DNA of 63,694 nucleotides, filler included, from Octopus bimaculoides (GCF_001194135.2; 6 parts of 5 records of this genome joined end to end with filler, not necessarily neighbours in it), one strand, 5' to 3'; positions 24,721 to 37,592 are shown, counted from the first letter of the whole stretch. Translations and numbers: made by a program. The notes: a model not told the origin generated them from the letters alone.

Positions 24721-25874
24721 TCTCGGCGTTGCCCGCGTGTTATGACCTACAGCCACATTGTATAATCTGTTCCTTTCTTATGGGCAGAATCGACACACGA
24801 GGAGTATCAAGCAAGCAACTCTTCTTTATAAACACGTTTTTTCAGATCATTTCTGATAAACAATGCTGAAGTTTTGGACACCAAAAAAAACGTACAATGG
24901 CAGCTTAGATTAAAAGGAAATCCTAACATCGCCCCCAAAGTTACCTCAAAATTGTACGGCCCAGCCTAGATTTGGTGTTGATTTTTGTAACAAAATAGGG
25001 TTGCTCTGCAAAAAACTCACTTTACACTGGTAGCCGAAAGAGTGCTCAATTTTTTGATCTACAGCAATACTAGCAACTCATTTTCATGGCTTCAAATCGG
25101 ATAATGTAGAAGCTGAAATAATTCTTATCCATCCCATAATATTTCTTGATAACTGTGAACAACATACATATACATTAGCTTCCCCAATCAAAGAGCCATG
25201 TTCAAAAGTACTATGGTTTTCTGCAAGCATATTTGGTATCAGTTTATATCAATGTTGAGACTAACTGAATAAAAACGGGACTTTTGGGGCTGTATGAATA
25301 TGTACATATATAAGGATATGAGTAAACAGGATTTGTGATGTTGGTATTTTGGCGTAAACGTATAGGGACGCTGTGCTTCTTGAAAATACACGAGTTATGC
25401 TGGTATGCAGAGGTGGGGCAGTAGTAATGGAGTGAAGTATGGCTTAATGGCTGATGAACGGCGTAAGCCTAAGAAATAAAGTAAAGTAGATTAATAAGTT
25501 GCACGAGAAAAGGACTTTGTTTTGCTTTTGAGTGCAAACAGACAAAAATAAGCAATCGAGACTCAAGGATGAGGACATAGTGGTATCCATATTGCAGAAG
25601 GTCAGGTACAAGGAAAGTAAGCTACTTTATTGGTAAAAGCGCCATCTCTGTAATGTTTGGGCAGACTGTGCACTTCAACTTATGTTCAGTGAAGCCGACA
25701 ATGCTTAAAGCGGGGATGGGATGGGTGGGAGAGGTGAGGAAAGGGGCATTGAGAGTTTCTTTAAGAAAAATTAGAATTAAAAATTTAAAAAATTCCCAGT
25801 TTCGTAATCTCTGCATGATACCAAAAACGTACTTTAATTGGTAGCCGAAAGATCACTGAATCTTTTGATACCTC

Positions 25875-25960
25875 CTACGTCAAAATCGGCAACTCAGTTT
25901 TCGAATCCATAACAAACATAGGTACCACATACACACACACACACGCACACACACACACGT

Positions 25961-25991
<31 letters not shown>

Positions 25992-26000
25992 CAAACTCTG
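25875..26000 (+). mobile_element. Helitron/HINE-like 3' terminus
   Basis: gtcaaaatcggcaactcagtttt...cataacaaaca, then a (CA)n run and ttttatatat; same end architecture as 46435-46530. Confidence 0.35.
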
Positions 26001-26003
26001 TTT

Positions 26004-26037
<34 letters not shown>

Positions 26038-26039
26038 AA

Positions 26040-26617
26040 GTGTAGTATATTGCCACTTAAGTGTGGCTGACCCCTAGGGGTGGATGTTACTGTTGNNNNN
26101 NNNNNNNNNNNNNNNNNNNNNNNNNNNNNNNNNNNNNNNNNNNNNNNNNNNNNNNNNNNNNNNNNNNNNNNNNNNNNNNNNNNNNNNNNNNNNNNNNNNN
26201 NNNNNNNNNNNNNNNNNNNNNNNNNNNNNNNNNNNNNNNNNNNNNNNNNNNNNNNNNNNNNNNNNNNNNNNNNNNNNNNNNNNNNNNNNNNNNNNNNNNN
26301 NNNNNNNNNNNNNNNNNNNNNNNNNNNNNNNNNNNNNNNNNNNNNNNNNNNNNNNNNNNNNNNNNNNNNNNNNNNNNNNNNNNNNNNNNNNNNNNNNNNN
26401 NNNNNNNNNNNNNNNNNNNNNNNNNNNNNNNNNNNNNNNNNNNNNNNNNNNNNNNNNNNNNNNNNNNNNNNNNNNNNNNNNNNNNNNNNNNNNNNNNNNN
26501 NNNNNNNNNNNNNNNNCACACGACTGTGTCCTGTTTGCCAAGGGAAGTTATCCCTCTCACCTCGATCTGCAGCACGAACGTATCCGGATTTCAGGGTTAT
26601 TTCCCTTCGTCGGCGTC
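26040..26617 (-). mobile_element. Non-coding hammerhead-bearing repeat (gap inside), same family as 59265-59515
   Basis: Shares tattgccacttaa.tg.ggct.acc.cta.ggg and tttgc.aagggaagttatc with 59265-59515. Hammerhead motif at 26577-26617. Confidence 0.6.
26577..26617 (-). ncRNA. Hammerhead ribozyme motif with U4C core variant
   Basis: GACG CCGACGA AGGG-AAAUAA-CCCU GAAA UCC GGA UA^CGUU. Perfect 4-bp stem II, palindromic AUCCGGAU stem III. Confidence 0.6.
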
Positions 26618-26618
26618 T

Positions 26619-27789
26619 CATAAATAATGCGTTTTTTATATATTGCTTTTATTTTTCAAAATTAAGATAAACAAAGTTCATTTTTTTTATCTAAAATATA
26701 CTCGCCTTCATTTTCTACAATGCTTTTCCATCTATCTGGTAGACTTGCAAGGCCCCTCTTCCACAATTCACTTGTCCGCAACGAAAAATACTCCTCCAGT
26801 ACTGTTCTGACTTTGTCTACAGAATTCAAATCTCTCCCGTCCAAATGATTTGAAGATTGCGCAATAAATGATAATGAGATGGGGTAATGTCTGGTGAATA
26901 TGGTGAGTGGGGCATCGTTTCCCATTGAAACTGCTCCAGCCTTTGGAATGTCATCATGCTCACAGTAGATCTTTATTATCGTTTGATTTTAAAACTTCAA
27001 AGTGGATTAAACGTTTCGTATCCCACCAAACAGATAACAACACCTTACGTGGATGAAGACCTTCTTTAGCCTGAGGTGCCGGTGTTTCTCCTTTCCCTAC
27101 CCACTGTTTTCGGTGCTTGACATCTTTATAGAGAACTCATTTCCAGTCATCAGTCACTATTCGATCCAATAAAGGTTCATTCGTGAGACGTGACAGCAAA
27201 GATGAGCACATATTCACTCTCTGCGCGTGATTAGGCACAGAAAGTTTGTGAGGAACCCATTGACCCAATTTGCTGACTTTTGCGATGGCACGCAGGTGTC
27301 GAGGAATTGTTGAATGACCAAATCCAAGCTTCTACGCTAGTTCCTGAATAGTTACGATGGGATTTTGTTCCATCAGGGATTGCAGGATGTTCTCGTTGAG
27401 CACTACTGATCTTCCAGGACGAAGCTCATCTTCTAGACTCGGAATTTCTTCTATGCTCGGAATTTCTGGAACCGCCGTTAACACTGGCTTATGCTTATTG
27501 TCCGATCTCCATATACGGCATTAATATTCCTCGCACTTTCTGTTGCATTGTTGCCTTTATTCGTCTCATAAAACAAAATATGCTGAATATGCTCCTTTGT
27601 GACTTACATTATAGCTTCAAAAAATAGCTGTTAAAATCGAACTGCACCCTTCAAAACTTACAAACTTGCACTAAGGTAAAATCACTACCTGATTTTATAG
27701 AAAGTTGATGCAGTTAGTTTATTCCATCCCCCTCCGACATTTTTTTCATGCAATTGAAAAAAACTTATTATTTATGGGATGACCAAATA
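26619..27789 (-). mobile_element. Mariner element, same family as 17457-18718, with ~100-bp internal deletion
   Basis: High collinear similarity; TIR tatttatgggatgaccaaata at ~27768-27789. Left TIR is clipped. The deletion near 26956 removes the HxDNARPH catalytic motif. Confidence 0.92.
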
Positions 27790-28293
27790 TATACAAGACT
27801 TAAGGAATAGAGTAGATAACTCTTGTATTCGTCTACCGTGAAATATAAAAAGAACTTTGTCAGTTTATCGTACTTTGATACGAAAAAATCCACAACCTTC
27901 CGTCTCAATAAACCACAATTGACCTTGAAGGTTGTTTTTTATATTTATTACGGATTGCTTGAAGCTAACTTTCTTCCTACACCTCGGACCGCTGAAATCT
28001 ACAAGTTTTTTTCATTCTCTGTTTATCTTCTCTTATTCCTTTCTGTTAAAGACGTAGGCTCGAAACGTAAAAGACATTTTCGTTTTCCCGAGCGTCTAAC
28101 TAATACACTTGCTTATGAATACAGGTATGTATGCATGTATACATGTATGTATTAATACATACATACATACATACATATATATATATACATANNNNNNNNN
28201 NNNNNNNNNNNNNNNNNNNNNNNNNNNNNNNNNNNNNNNNNNNNNNNNNNNNNNNNNNNNNNNNNNNNNNNNNNNNNNNNNNNNNNNNNNNNN

Positions 28294-28334
<41 letters not shown>

Positions 28335-28367
28335 TAGATAGATAGATAGATATAGATATATATATAA

Positions 28368-28985
28368 GTTTTGCCAGGGCCTTCAACAAAGTCGAAAACT
28401 AGATAGCATATAGCATGTCACAAACTGCATGACCTTTGTATCGTTGGAAATCAAGGGAAATGACTGCATAACTCTTTAAAAGATAATTGTTAGACAGTTG
28501 CAACTGACTGTGCCCTCCCTGGGGAGAACTCAAAGCCTGAACGTAGTGTCTCAGGGAACTGTTTTTGGATCAGTACTGTTCAGGGTGGCTATCTAAGACA
28601 TGTTCTGAAACATATTGTGAGCCTTAGATCTCACTAGTCATGCTGTAACATAAAAGTTTCCAAGCAATCAAGGACCTTGAAGGTAACACAATATTACAGA
28701 AAGATTTGAACGCGATGTGGAAGTGGGCTGAAGAAAGCAATATACGGCTCAATGGTGGTAAGTTTCAAGCACTCCATAATCGACCTACTAATAAATTGTA
28801 ATCAGACTACACGGGAACAATGGTTACTACAATCCTAGGAGTCAGTCGGTGCGTCACTTCGGTGTCCATATGTGTGGTAAAGCATCATTCCATGTGCGTA
28901 TTATTAAGATGGCATCAATGTGCAGGCATCTGACTGGATAGATTCTGAGATCATTCAGAAGACAGAAAATGGAAACCATGAAGAA
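28368..28985 (+). mobile_element. CR1-like LINE reverse-transcriptase fragment
   Basis: FARAFNKV, VSQGT, ILQKDLNAMWKWAEESNIRLNGGKFQAL, G*ILRSFRRQKMETMK; many stops and frameshifts. Confidence 0.7.
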
Positions 28986-29509
28986 CATTTTCACCCCGTC
29001 GCCTCAATTACACTTACTGTGTATCAAAGCTTTTGTTTAAAAATATTTTTTTTTTATCTTTGGTCAGTAAGTGTTGTTTCTTATTTGCTTCTATCTAGAA
29101 ATCGAAGGAAATGATTACTATTCTCTTCAAACTTTGCTTTTGTGACCTAGACATCTATGTTTTGAAGCTGACCTTTTCCCCATTATATTTCAGATAGATT
29201 CAGCGCTGAGCTGCTGAAGCAGAAATAACATTATAACAAATATTCTGTTCAATACCACAGATTTGCTTGACCTTATCCACTAGAGCATGTCCCTTAGCGG
29301 CTGACAATATGTGCATCTTTGACCATGAGCAGGAGTAGTGGGGGAGCACCATAGCCATGTGTTGAGAGGGATTATTTGGGGTTTCAATAAATGCAACAAA
29401 AGTAAATTATGAAGGAAATATTAGCCATTTTTCATACTTTCTCGGGGTAAAAAAAAATTACAGTTGTTACCCAAGGGCAAAAATCGTACAATTGCTCCTA
29501 ATTATGATT

Positions 29510-29765
29510 GTGGAGATGCGTAGCTTAGTGGTTGAGATGTTGGCCTCGTGATCATAAGATTGTTTGTCTCGATTTCTGAACCGGGTGACGTGTTGAGTTC
29601 TTGAGCAAAACGCTTCATTTTCCGTTGATCCAGTGCATTCAGCCGGCAAAAATGAGTAATCTCGCGAGAGACCGGCGTCCAATGAAGTTGAGGAATATAT
29701 ACGCCATGAAACTGGGAAACCGGCTCTGATGAGGCGACATAACTCGAGAAGATAACTTTACTTTA
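29510..29765 (+). mobile_element. tRNA-derived SINE with shared core and a distinct tail ending in (TTTAC)n-like repeats
   Basis: Head tagcttagtggttgagatgttggcctcg, core gttcttgagcaaaacgcttcattttccgttgatccagt. Confidence 0.65.
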
Positions 29766-29769
29766 ACAA

Positions 29770-30005
29770 TTATGATCACCTCAAGGCCACAAATTAACAG
29801 CAAACGTAAGGCAATCTAATGCCATTGCACCAAATAGATTGTCCTGATGCAAGAAACGTATTACTGTGGAGTCTAGAAGAGATGATTCCATCCTGAGTAA
29901 AAACCAAATGTTATAACAGTTTAGGATTCAAATACCTTGCCAAAAGGCACCAGAGGGTCTCCAAGATGTGGACAAAGAACAATTGGACAAATTTTTATTT
30001 GATAT
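29770..30005 (+). mobile_element. Probable 3' continuation of the CR1-like LINE
   Basis: GLQDVDKEQLDKFLFDI resembles the CR1 ORF2 C-terminus; collinear with 28368-28985 once the intervening insertions are removed. Confidence 0.45.
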
Positions 30006-30009
30006 TTTG

Positions 30010-30282
30010 TTTGTTGGCACTCCGTCGCTTACGACGTCGAGGGTTCCAGCTGATCTGATCAACGCAACAGCCTGCTCGTGAAATTAACGTGCAAGTGGCT
30101 GAGCACTCCACAGACACGTGTACCCTTAACGTAGTTCTCGGGGATATTCAGCGTGACACAGTGTGGCAAGCCTGACCCTTTGAATTACAGGCACAACAGA
30201 AGCAGGAAGTAAGAGTGAGAGAAAGTTGTGGTGAAAGAGTACAGCAGGGTTCGCCACCATCTCCTGCCGGAGCCTCGTGGAG
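30010..30282 (-). mobile_element. SINE family C, head in gap
   Basis: Near-identical to 12985-13257. Confidence 0.9.
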
Positions 30283-30424
30283 NNNNNNNNNNNNNNNNNN
30301 NNNNNNNNNNNNNNNNNNNNNNNNNNTTAATTAATTAANNNNNNNNNNNNNNNNNNNNNNNNNNNNNNNNNNNNNNNNNNNNTATATATATATATATATA
30401 TGTATGTATACATATACATGCACT

Positions 30425-30750
30425 TAAAACCTGGCACTCAATTGGTTACTGTGATGAGGGTTCCACTTGATCCAATCAGCAGAACAGTCTGCTTGTGAAA
30501 TTAATGTGCAAGTGTCTAAGCACTCCACACACACATGTACTATTAACGTAATTCTCAGGGACATTCAGTGTGACACAGAGTGTGACAAACCTGGCCCTTT
30601 GAAATACAGATACTACTCATTTTTTGCCAGCTGAGTGAACTGGAGAAATGTGAAATAAAGTGTCTTGTTCAAGGAGACAATGTGCCACAGAGAATTGAAC
30701 TCACAACCTTATGATCATGAGCCAAATAGCCTAACCACTAAACCATGTTC
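30425..30750 (-). mobile_element. SINE family D
   Basis: Collinear with 12655-12960 and the reverse complement of 22198-22470. Confidence 0.8.
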
Positions 30751-31712
30751 CTTCACACACACACACATTAGAGTAGAGTTCATATGACTGTGTACAAGTA
30801 AATATATTAAGTCAATGAAATTCTAACAGTCTGATTTTTATGTTTTATTTTGTATTTATCACAATTTTACAATATTACATATTATGATAAAACAAGTTCT
30901 TTCATGCTTTCTGCAATCTTCAGGTTTACATAGTAGGAGTATTAAGCAACAGTTATGCTCCCCCCCCACCACCACACATACACACATGTGTGTATATCTA
31001 CATATATAATAGCTGGTAAAAGCAATTGATAAATCCAGACAGTATTTTGTATGCACTCAGTAGTTAAGTGAACTTAGTTAGCAATATATCAAGCAATCAG
31101 ATACCAATATATATATACCAATATATTCAAATTGAATCAATATCTACAGTAATTGCTACAGTGTGATAAATAAATCCTTAGATCACTTAGAAAATCTCCA
31201 TGTTGTTGTATGTGTGCATACTCACACACTGATATATATGTACACATGCATAGCGACATACTCAAGTTACTGCTTGTATATTGCACCTCACGGTTCTATG
31301 CCATTTTGTCATCAAAATTTGATTACTGCTTATAGAAGTTTGATTTTTATGTTATAGAGTACATCTATGAGTTTGCAGCAGAACCGAAAATAGAAAGCAG
31401 AAAACAAAATTGAAGAGAAACTAGCAATGCATTTTCTGGACGGGTCAGCCATGTTTAGAAAATGGTCTGGAATCAATAACAGCCATGTTTTAAGGGGAAA
31501 GTGCAATATGAATATGATAGTGTAATGGCAAGATTTCCTGTTGAACTAAAAAATATTATTGAAAAGTATTGTTTATAGTAACAAAATGGAATTGATTTGG
31601 AAATGAATGCTTTGAACAATCTTGACAAAGAAAAATTTGCGATCAAAAGTTACAGGAATTATAACAGAAATTACTGATATCAATATGGTAGACTTGAAAA
31701 TGTCTAGAATTG

Positions 31713-31832
31713 ACAATAATAATGATGATGATAATAATAATAACAAAAGCAACAACAACAACAACAATAATAATAATGATGATGATGAAGATGATAATAA
31801 TAATAATAATGATGATGATGATGATGATGATA
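31713..31832. repeat. (AAT/GAT/AAC)n trinucleotide microsatellite
   Basis: Read directly from the sequence. Confidence 0.95.
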
Positions 31833-32139
31833 ACTAGAAAAGCACTCGGAGAGCGCAGACCTCCACCAAGCAGCTCATTTCCGCCCATATACACGCAGGC
31901 TGAAAATCGCCCAATTTCTCAAACCAATGCTGGCATAAACATAACCTCCTTGGCGGGGATAAAAAAAAAATAAAATAACACAGCCGTATAATTTTAAGAA
32001 AAAATACCCTTTAAAAACAGAAATCATCTGAAGCAGTTCACATCCACCAACATCATCAGCAGCTTGTCATTGCTTCCACTTCAACCACATTGTCATTGCT
32101 TCCAGCATGCTAACAATTCTGCCAGCTTGCTGCCTTAGC

Positions 32140-32237
32140 AATGATGATGATGATGATGATAATGATGATGATGGTGATGGTGATGATGATGGTGATGGTG
32201 GTGGTGGTGGTGGTAGTGATGATGATGATGATGGTGG
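32140..32237. repeat. (GAT/GGT)n microsatellite
   Basis: Read directly from the sequence. Confidence 0.95.
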
Positions 32238-32394
32238 TTGCTTTACAATATTTACATTATTTACATTTGACGGTTATTTGTCCTCATTTTGTTTGTTGTT
32301 AACACAACGTTTCAGCTGAGATATACCACGTTTGTTTTAATTAATCTTGAAAAATTATGACAAATTTAGTAAAATAACTGATGTGATGGGAACA

Positions 32395-32760
32395 TATGAA
32401 GCACATTCTAGAAGTTTTGAGATTTTGCTAGAAGTAGCAGTTATAACTGTTTTAGATTGTTGTAATTTTAATATATATCATTACTATACATCTAATAAGC
32501 TGACCTGCCAACTACTGTAATTCCAGATTGAAGGAGACAGCTGTAACAGCACTTTGAATCCAATTATTAAACACTGCTTGTCATGGCTGAATGGTTTGTA
32601 GAATGCAGTCGGGACACTTCACAAAGTAGCTGGAGTGCTTACAAGAAATGCATTGAAGTGAGAGGATCCTACTTTGAAGGAGATAAGAGTTTTGTATTGC
32701 TCTGAAATTAAGAAATGTCTCTCCTGACAGAAGTCTCAAAACTTCTGAAATGCACCTTGT
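32395..32760 (+). mobile_element. Mariner-derived MITE
   Basis: TIRs tatgaagcacattctagaagttttgaga / tctcaaaacttctgaaatgcaccttgt. Internal KKCIEVRGSYFEGDK is a transposase C-terminus. Confidence 0.7.
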
Positions 32761-32941
32761 GATCTAACAAGAAATTTTGATAGGTTTTAAATCTCGATCA
32801 GTCAGTTTGTAATATAGAATGAGGGATCACCTCAGGTGGGTCAGCATTGAAAGGGGTCAAAATGCATTCAGCTGCTTTAGGCCAATGTCCAAAAGGAAGT
32901 ATAAAGAAAAAAGAAATGTAATTTTCCCTGTTAAAATATTT

Positions 32942-33161
32942 TATTCTTTTATCCTTTTATTTGTTTCAGTCATTTGACTGTGGCCCTTATGGGTATTTTA
33001 GTTAAAGAAATTGACCCCAGGACTTATTCTATTGGTCTCCTTTGTCGAACCACTATGTTACAGGAGTGTAAACTCACCAACATCAGTTGTCAAGCGATGA
33101 TGGGGGACAAACACACACACACGCAAAGATACATACACATATGTATATACATACATACATC

Positions 33162-33240
<79 letters not shown>

Positions 33241-33410
33241 GTATACAAAGGACTACTTTCAGTTTCTGTCTACCAAATCCACTCACAAGGCTTTGGTCGG
33301 TCCGAGGCTATAGTAGAAGACACTTGCCCAAGATGCCACGCAGCTGGACTGAACCTGGAACCATGTGGTTAGGAAGCAATCTTCTTATTACACAGCCACA
33401 CCTGTGCCTA
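32942..33410 (-). mobile_element. SINE family A, full length with expanded internal microsatellite; a further 3' half at 33440-33640
   Basis: Collinear with 56711-57105. Confidence 0.85.
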
Positions 33411-33935
33411 TCTAAAAAAACACAAAGAAAACAATCATTTACCTTTTACTTGTTTCAGTTATTGGACTGTGGCCATGCTACGGCAATGTCTTCAAGAATT
33501 TAGTTGAACAGATCAATTCTTGTAGTTATTTTTTTGAAGTCTGGTAGTTATACTATCAGTCTCTTTTGCAAAACTGCAAGATTACGGGGATGTAAACAAT
33601 CCAACACCAATTGCCAAGCAGTGGGTGGGTGGACAAATATGTATACACATACGCATATATATATATATATATATATATCAGGAAAATAAAGCAAGGTAGA
33701 AAATGCTAAAACAATTTTATAATTAAAAACATTTTAGTACCGGTTTCAGTCATTGAGACTTTTTCAACTGTCAGTATGGAAAACAATTAAATTTTGGAAA
33801 AATTTAATGAAAAGGTTTTTAAAAGAATATTTGCATAGTATTCAAATACAAGGGGCATCTTCCTTGTTTCTGCCTGTCTCTGTGTCTCTTTTTTTACTCT
33901 TGTGGTTTCGAGGTCGTTGTGAATTCTTGGTAGGG

Positions 33936-33990
33936 AAGAAGAAGAAGAAGAAGAACAAGAAGAAGAAGAAGAACAAGAAGAAGAAGAAGA
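33936..33990. repeat. (AAG)n microsatellite
   Basis: Read directly from the sequence. Confidence 0.95.
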
Positions 33991-34581
33991 ATGTGGGAGT
34001 GATATGATAGTAGTAGGATGTTAAATGGTCAAGTGCCCTTAAAGTGACTTGTTGTCGATGGTAGTAGTGATTGAATTCTTGTGTGTGTGTGTGTGTGTGT
34101 ATGTATACAGTACCCCACCATGGCTGCAGCCTCAAAGCTGAAACATATAGAAGAATAAAAGAATATATACATATATTATATATATATAATTATGTGTATT
34201 TCTTCTATCTTAATGAATAAAAATTCTTCTGATAGAATAAATGGGTTAATAGAAACCANNNNNNNNNNNNNNNNNNNNNNNNNNNNNNNNNNNNNNNNNN
34301 NNNNNNNNNNNNNNNNNNNNNNNNNNNNNNNNNNNNNNNNNNNNNNNNNNNNNNNNNNNNNNNNNNNNNNNNNNNNNNNNNNNNNNNNNNNNNNNNNNNN
34401 NNNNNNNNNNNNNNNNNNNNNNNNNNNNNNNNNNNNNNNNNNNNNNNNNNNNTGTAGCAAAGAACACAAAATAACTGTGGTTAGCTCCTGTTTTTAAGGC
34501 AGGAACTCCTTGAAATTTCGGGTATTTGAGTATATTTAAGAATTTAAGGATTGGAGAAAACGCATGTTATAATTGCATACT

Positions 34582-34620
<39 letters not shown>

Positions 34621-35328
34621 TATATACATATATAAACACATATACATGTGTGTGTGTATATAACCATGTTAAAAATAAACATGTGAATCACCATTTTAGA
34701 TCTCACTGTAAATGATGCAAATAATGATTTTTTTTTTTATCAGTTGTGAGATATAAACACCGATCAGCAAACACTTTGTTTGCTGAAAATATAAACAAAG
34801 CCACTGGCTTTGTTTAGGCTCAGAGTTCCGGCTGCTGCTGCTGGTTGATGAGATACAACGTGTTGAAACATCAGTGTCCCAAGATGCTGTTCACCGATGA
34901 GCCAAGTGTATTGAACATACTTTTGTTCTAAAATGGAGAAGGTATTCTCCTATGACTTACACTACAGTGACTAGCATATTTGGTGTCTGAACCTGCCTAG
35001 ACGTGTTGAGAACAGATATGCAGATATCCATCCCAGATCTCCTTGTGCACAGTGCAAATAACGATTTAATGTGTGTGTATATGTGTGTGTGTATGTATGT
35101 GTGTAGGTATGTATATACATTTATATATATGTACATACATATATANNNNNNNNNNNNNNNNNNNNNNNNNNNNNNNNNNNNNNNNNNNNNNNNNNNNNNN
35201 NNNNNNNNNNNNNNNNNNNNNNNTATATTTATATATATATATATAAATGTATGTGTAGAATACAATAATATTTAAAGGTCATTGCTTGTATATGTATACA
35301 TGCAGTGTGTATGCACATACACACACGT

Positions 35329-35370
<42 letters not shown>

Positions 35371-35761
35371 GGAAACAGGTAAAAGTCATGGAATAGAAGA
35401 TTCTGTCATGGAATATGGTAGTGGAATACGATAGGTGGTGAGTTGACATCATCTGCTGTAGGCAGCCACTTGACATGGCACAAACCTTCATTAACAGAGC
35501 ACTTTTGGTTCATTCAGCCGTTAATAAATAGTCTGTCTGCCTGTCTGTCTGCGCATATGTCTGTCTGCGCGTATGTCTGTCTGTCTGACTGACTCTTGAA
35601 CTGTTTTACAGAAATATCTGTTTCCATGAACTCAGTAAACTCTACACTGTTGTAACTTATATTTAATCAATACAGTGTTAATTCTCCTCCTCCTCCTCCT
35701 CCTCCTCCTCCTCCCATCACTCCTCCTGCATAAATTCATGCAAAATATCTAATCTAATAGA

Positions 35762-35920
35762 CAGGTGTGGCTGTGTGGTTAAGAAGCTAACTTTGCGATC
35801 CTCTGGCTTTGTGTTCAGTCCTACTGTACGACACCAGTCACTTGTCTTCTACTATAACTCCAGACTTACCAATGCCTTCTGAGTGAACTTAGTGGATGGA
35901 AACTGCATAGAAGTCTGCCA
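35762..35920 (+). mobile_element. SINE family A, 5' half, diverged
   Basis: caggtgtggctgtgtggttaagaagc...gtgttcagtcctactg...tgtcttctactataactc. Confidence 0.7.
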
Positions 35921-36215
35921 TATATATATTTTATATTAAATACTAAAATGAAATGAAGTATTGAATGTCTTATTGAATATATGAAATATTGAGTANNNNN
36001 NNNNNNNNNNNNNNNNNNNNNNNNNNNNNNNNNNNNNNNNNNNNNNNNNNNNNNNNNNNNNNNNNNNNNNNNNNNNNNNNNNNNNNNNNNNNNNNNNNNN
36101 NNNNNNNNNNNNNNNNNNNNNNNNNNNNNNNNNNNNNNNNNNNNNNNNNNNNNNNNNNNNNNNNNNNNNNNNNNNNNNNNNNNNNNNNNNNNNNNNNNNN
36201 NNNNNNNNNNNNNNN

Positions 36216-36270
<55 letters not shown>

Positions 36271-36271
<1 letters not shown>

Positions 36272-37212
36272 TAGTGGAGGTGGATGCTCTGAGAGTGTAG
36301 CCACTAGAATAAGAATAGCCTGGACAAAGTTCAGAAAGCTCCTACCTCTGCTAGTAACAAAAGGCCTCTTGCTCAGAGTGAAAGGTAGACTGTATGATGC
36401 ATGTGTGTGAACGGCCATGCTACATGGCAGTGAAACATGAGCCATGACTGCTGAGAACATGCATAATCTTGAAAGAAATGAAGCTAGTATGATCCACTGG
36501 ATGTGTAATGTCAGTTTGCATACACGACAGAGTGTAAGCACCCTGAGAGAAAAGTTGGACATAAGAAGGATCAGATGTGGAGTGCAAGAGAGACGACTGT
36601 TCTGGTATGGACATATGCTACATATGGATGAGGACAGCTGTTTTTTAAGAAGTGTCACACCCTGACAGTGGAGGGAACCTGTGGAAGAGGTAGACCCAGG
36701 AAGACCTGGGATGAGGTGGTGAAGTATGACCTTCAAACATTGGGCCTCACAGAGACAATGACAAGAGACTAAGACCTTCGGAGATATGTTGTGATTGAGA
36801 AGACTTAGCAAGTGAAGTGAGATCGCAGTCATGGCTGATACCAGTGTCACATAACCAGCCTTGAATCGTCAGGTGAAACACTGAGCTTGAGAAGACCTGT
36901 TGAGTCAAGTGAAATCATAGTCCTGACCGATCCTAGTGCTGCCTAACTGGCACCCTGCTGCTGGCATGTAATAAGCACCATTCAAGTGTGGGTTGATGCC
37001 AGTGCCACCTGACTGGCACCCTGTGCTGGTAGCACATAAGCTGCACCATCTGAACGTAACTGATGCCAGAGTTGCCTGACTAGCTCCCATGCTGGTGGGA
37101 TGTAAAAAACACCCACTACACTCTTGGAGTGGTTGGTGCTAGGAAGGGCATCCAGCTGTAGAAACCTTGCCAAATCAGATTGAAGCCTTGTGCAGCCTAC
37201 TGGCTTGCCACT
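36271..37212 (+). mobile_element. RTE-clade LINE, 3' part of ORF plus 3' UTR
   Basis: VATRIRIAWTKFRKLLPLL...KGRLYDACV*TAMLHGSET*AMTAENMHNLERNEASMIHWMCNV...RRLFWYGHML...GRGRPRKTWDEVV are typical post-RT RTE motifs; stops and frameshifts present. Confidence 0.85.
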
Positions 37213-37236
37213 CTCACAGAATACAAATAAAATAGC

Positions 37237-37592
37237 CCCGGAAAAGGCTTTAATGCATTCCCAGAGTATATAGAACATGGGAGGAAATACTAATAAGGTT
37301 AGTATACTAAAATCATGAAGCATGTTATGTAATAACAGGCTAATCAGATGCGTAATAACAGGCTAATGAGATAATAACAATGCAAAGTAAATAACTTTGA
37401 AAAGGGCTTTTGTGCGTTCTCAGAGAATATTACCCTCTGTGGCATTAGTGTTGGCATATTTGTGAATAAGTTACTAACCAAAATAAGCGGATCTATTGTT
37501 TAGGAAAAGGCTGTTTACTTGTTTAAGGGCTATACTGGATAAATTGCGAAAATAACTCTAACAGTTCAAATACTAAGAAATAAGCATACTCA
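37237..37592 (+). repeat. Internal block of the Helitron-like family; homologous to 58297-58638
   Basis: ~350-bp collinear match (ctttaatgc.ttcccagagtatatagaac...aacagttcaaatactaagaaataagcatactca). Confidence 0.8.

Noticed and set aside
25270-25330. Helitron Rep motif-like reading LYEYVHI*GYE
   Set aside because: Too short and degenerate to support.
29726-29750. CTGATGAG...CTCGAGAAG as a hammerhead
   Set aside because: Lacks GAAA and stem III; it is part of a SINE tail.
31622-31837. N/D-rich ORF as a real low-complexity protein
   Set aside because: Explained by the (AAT/GAT)n microsatellite; no supporting gene structure.
34817-34935. Possible exon (tttag...gtattc) or hammerhead-like UUGAUGA GAUAC-AAC-GUGUU GAAAC...GUC
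   Set aside because: All three frames hit stops before the donor. The hammerhead reading has a C3U change and only a 3-bp stem I. Neither is supportable without data.
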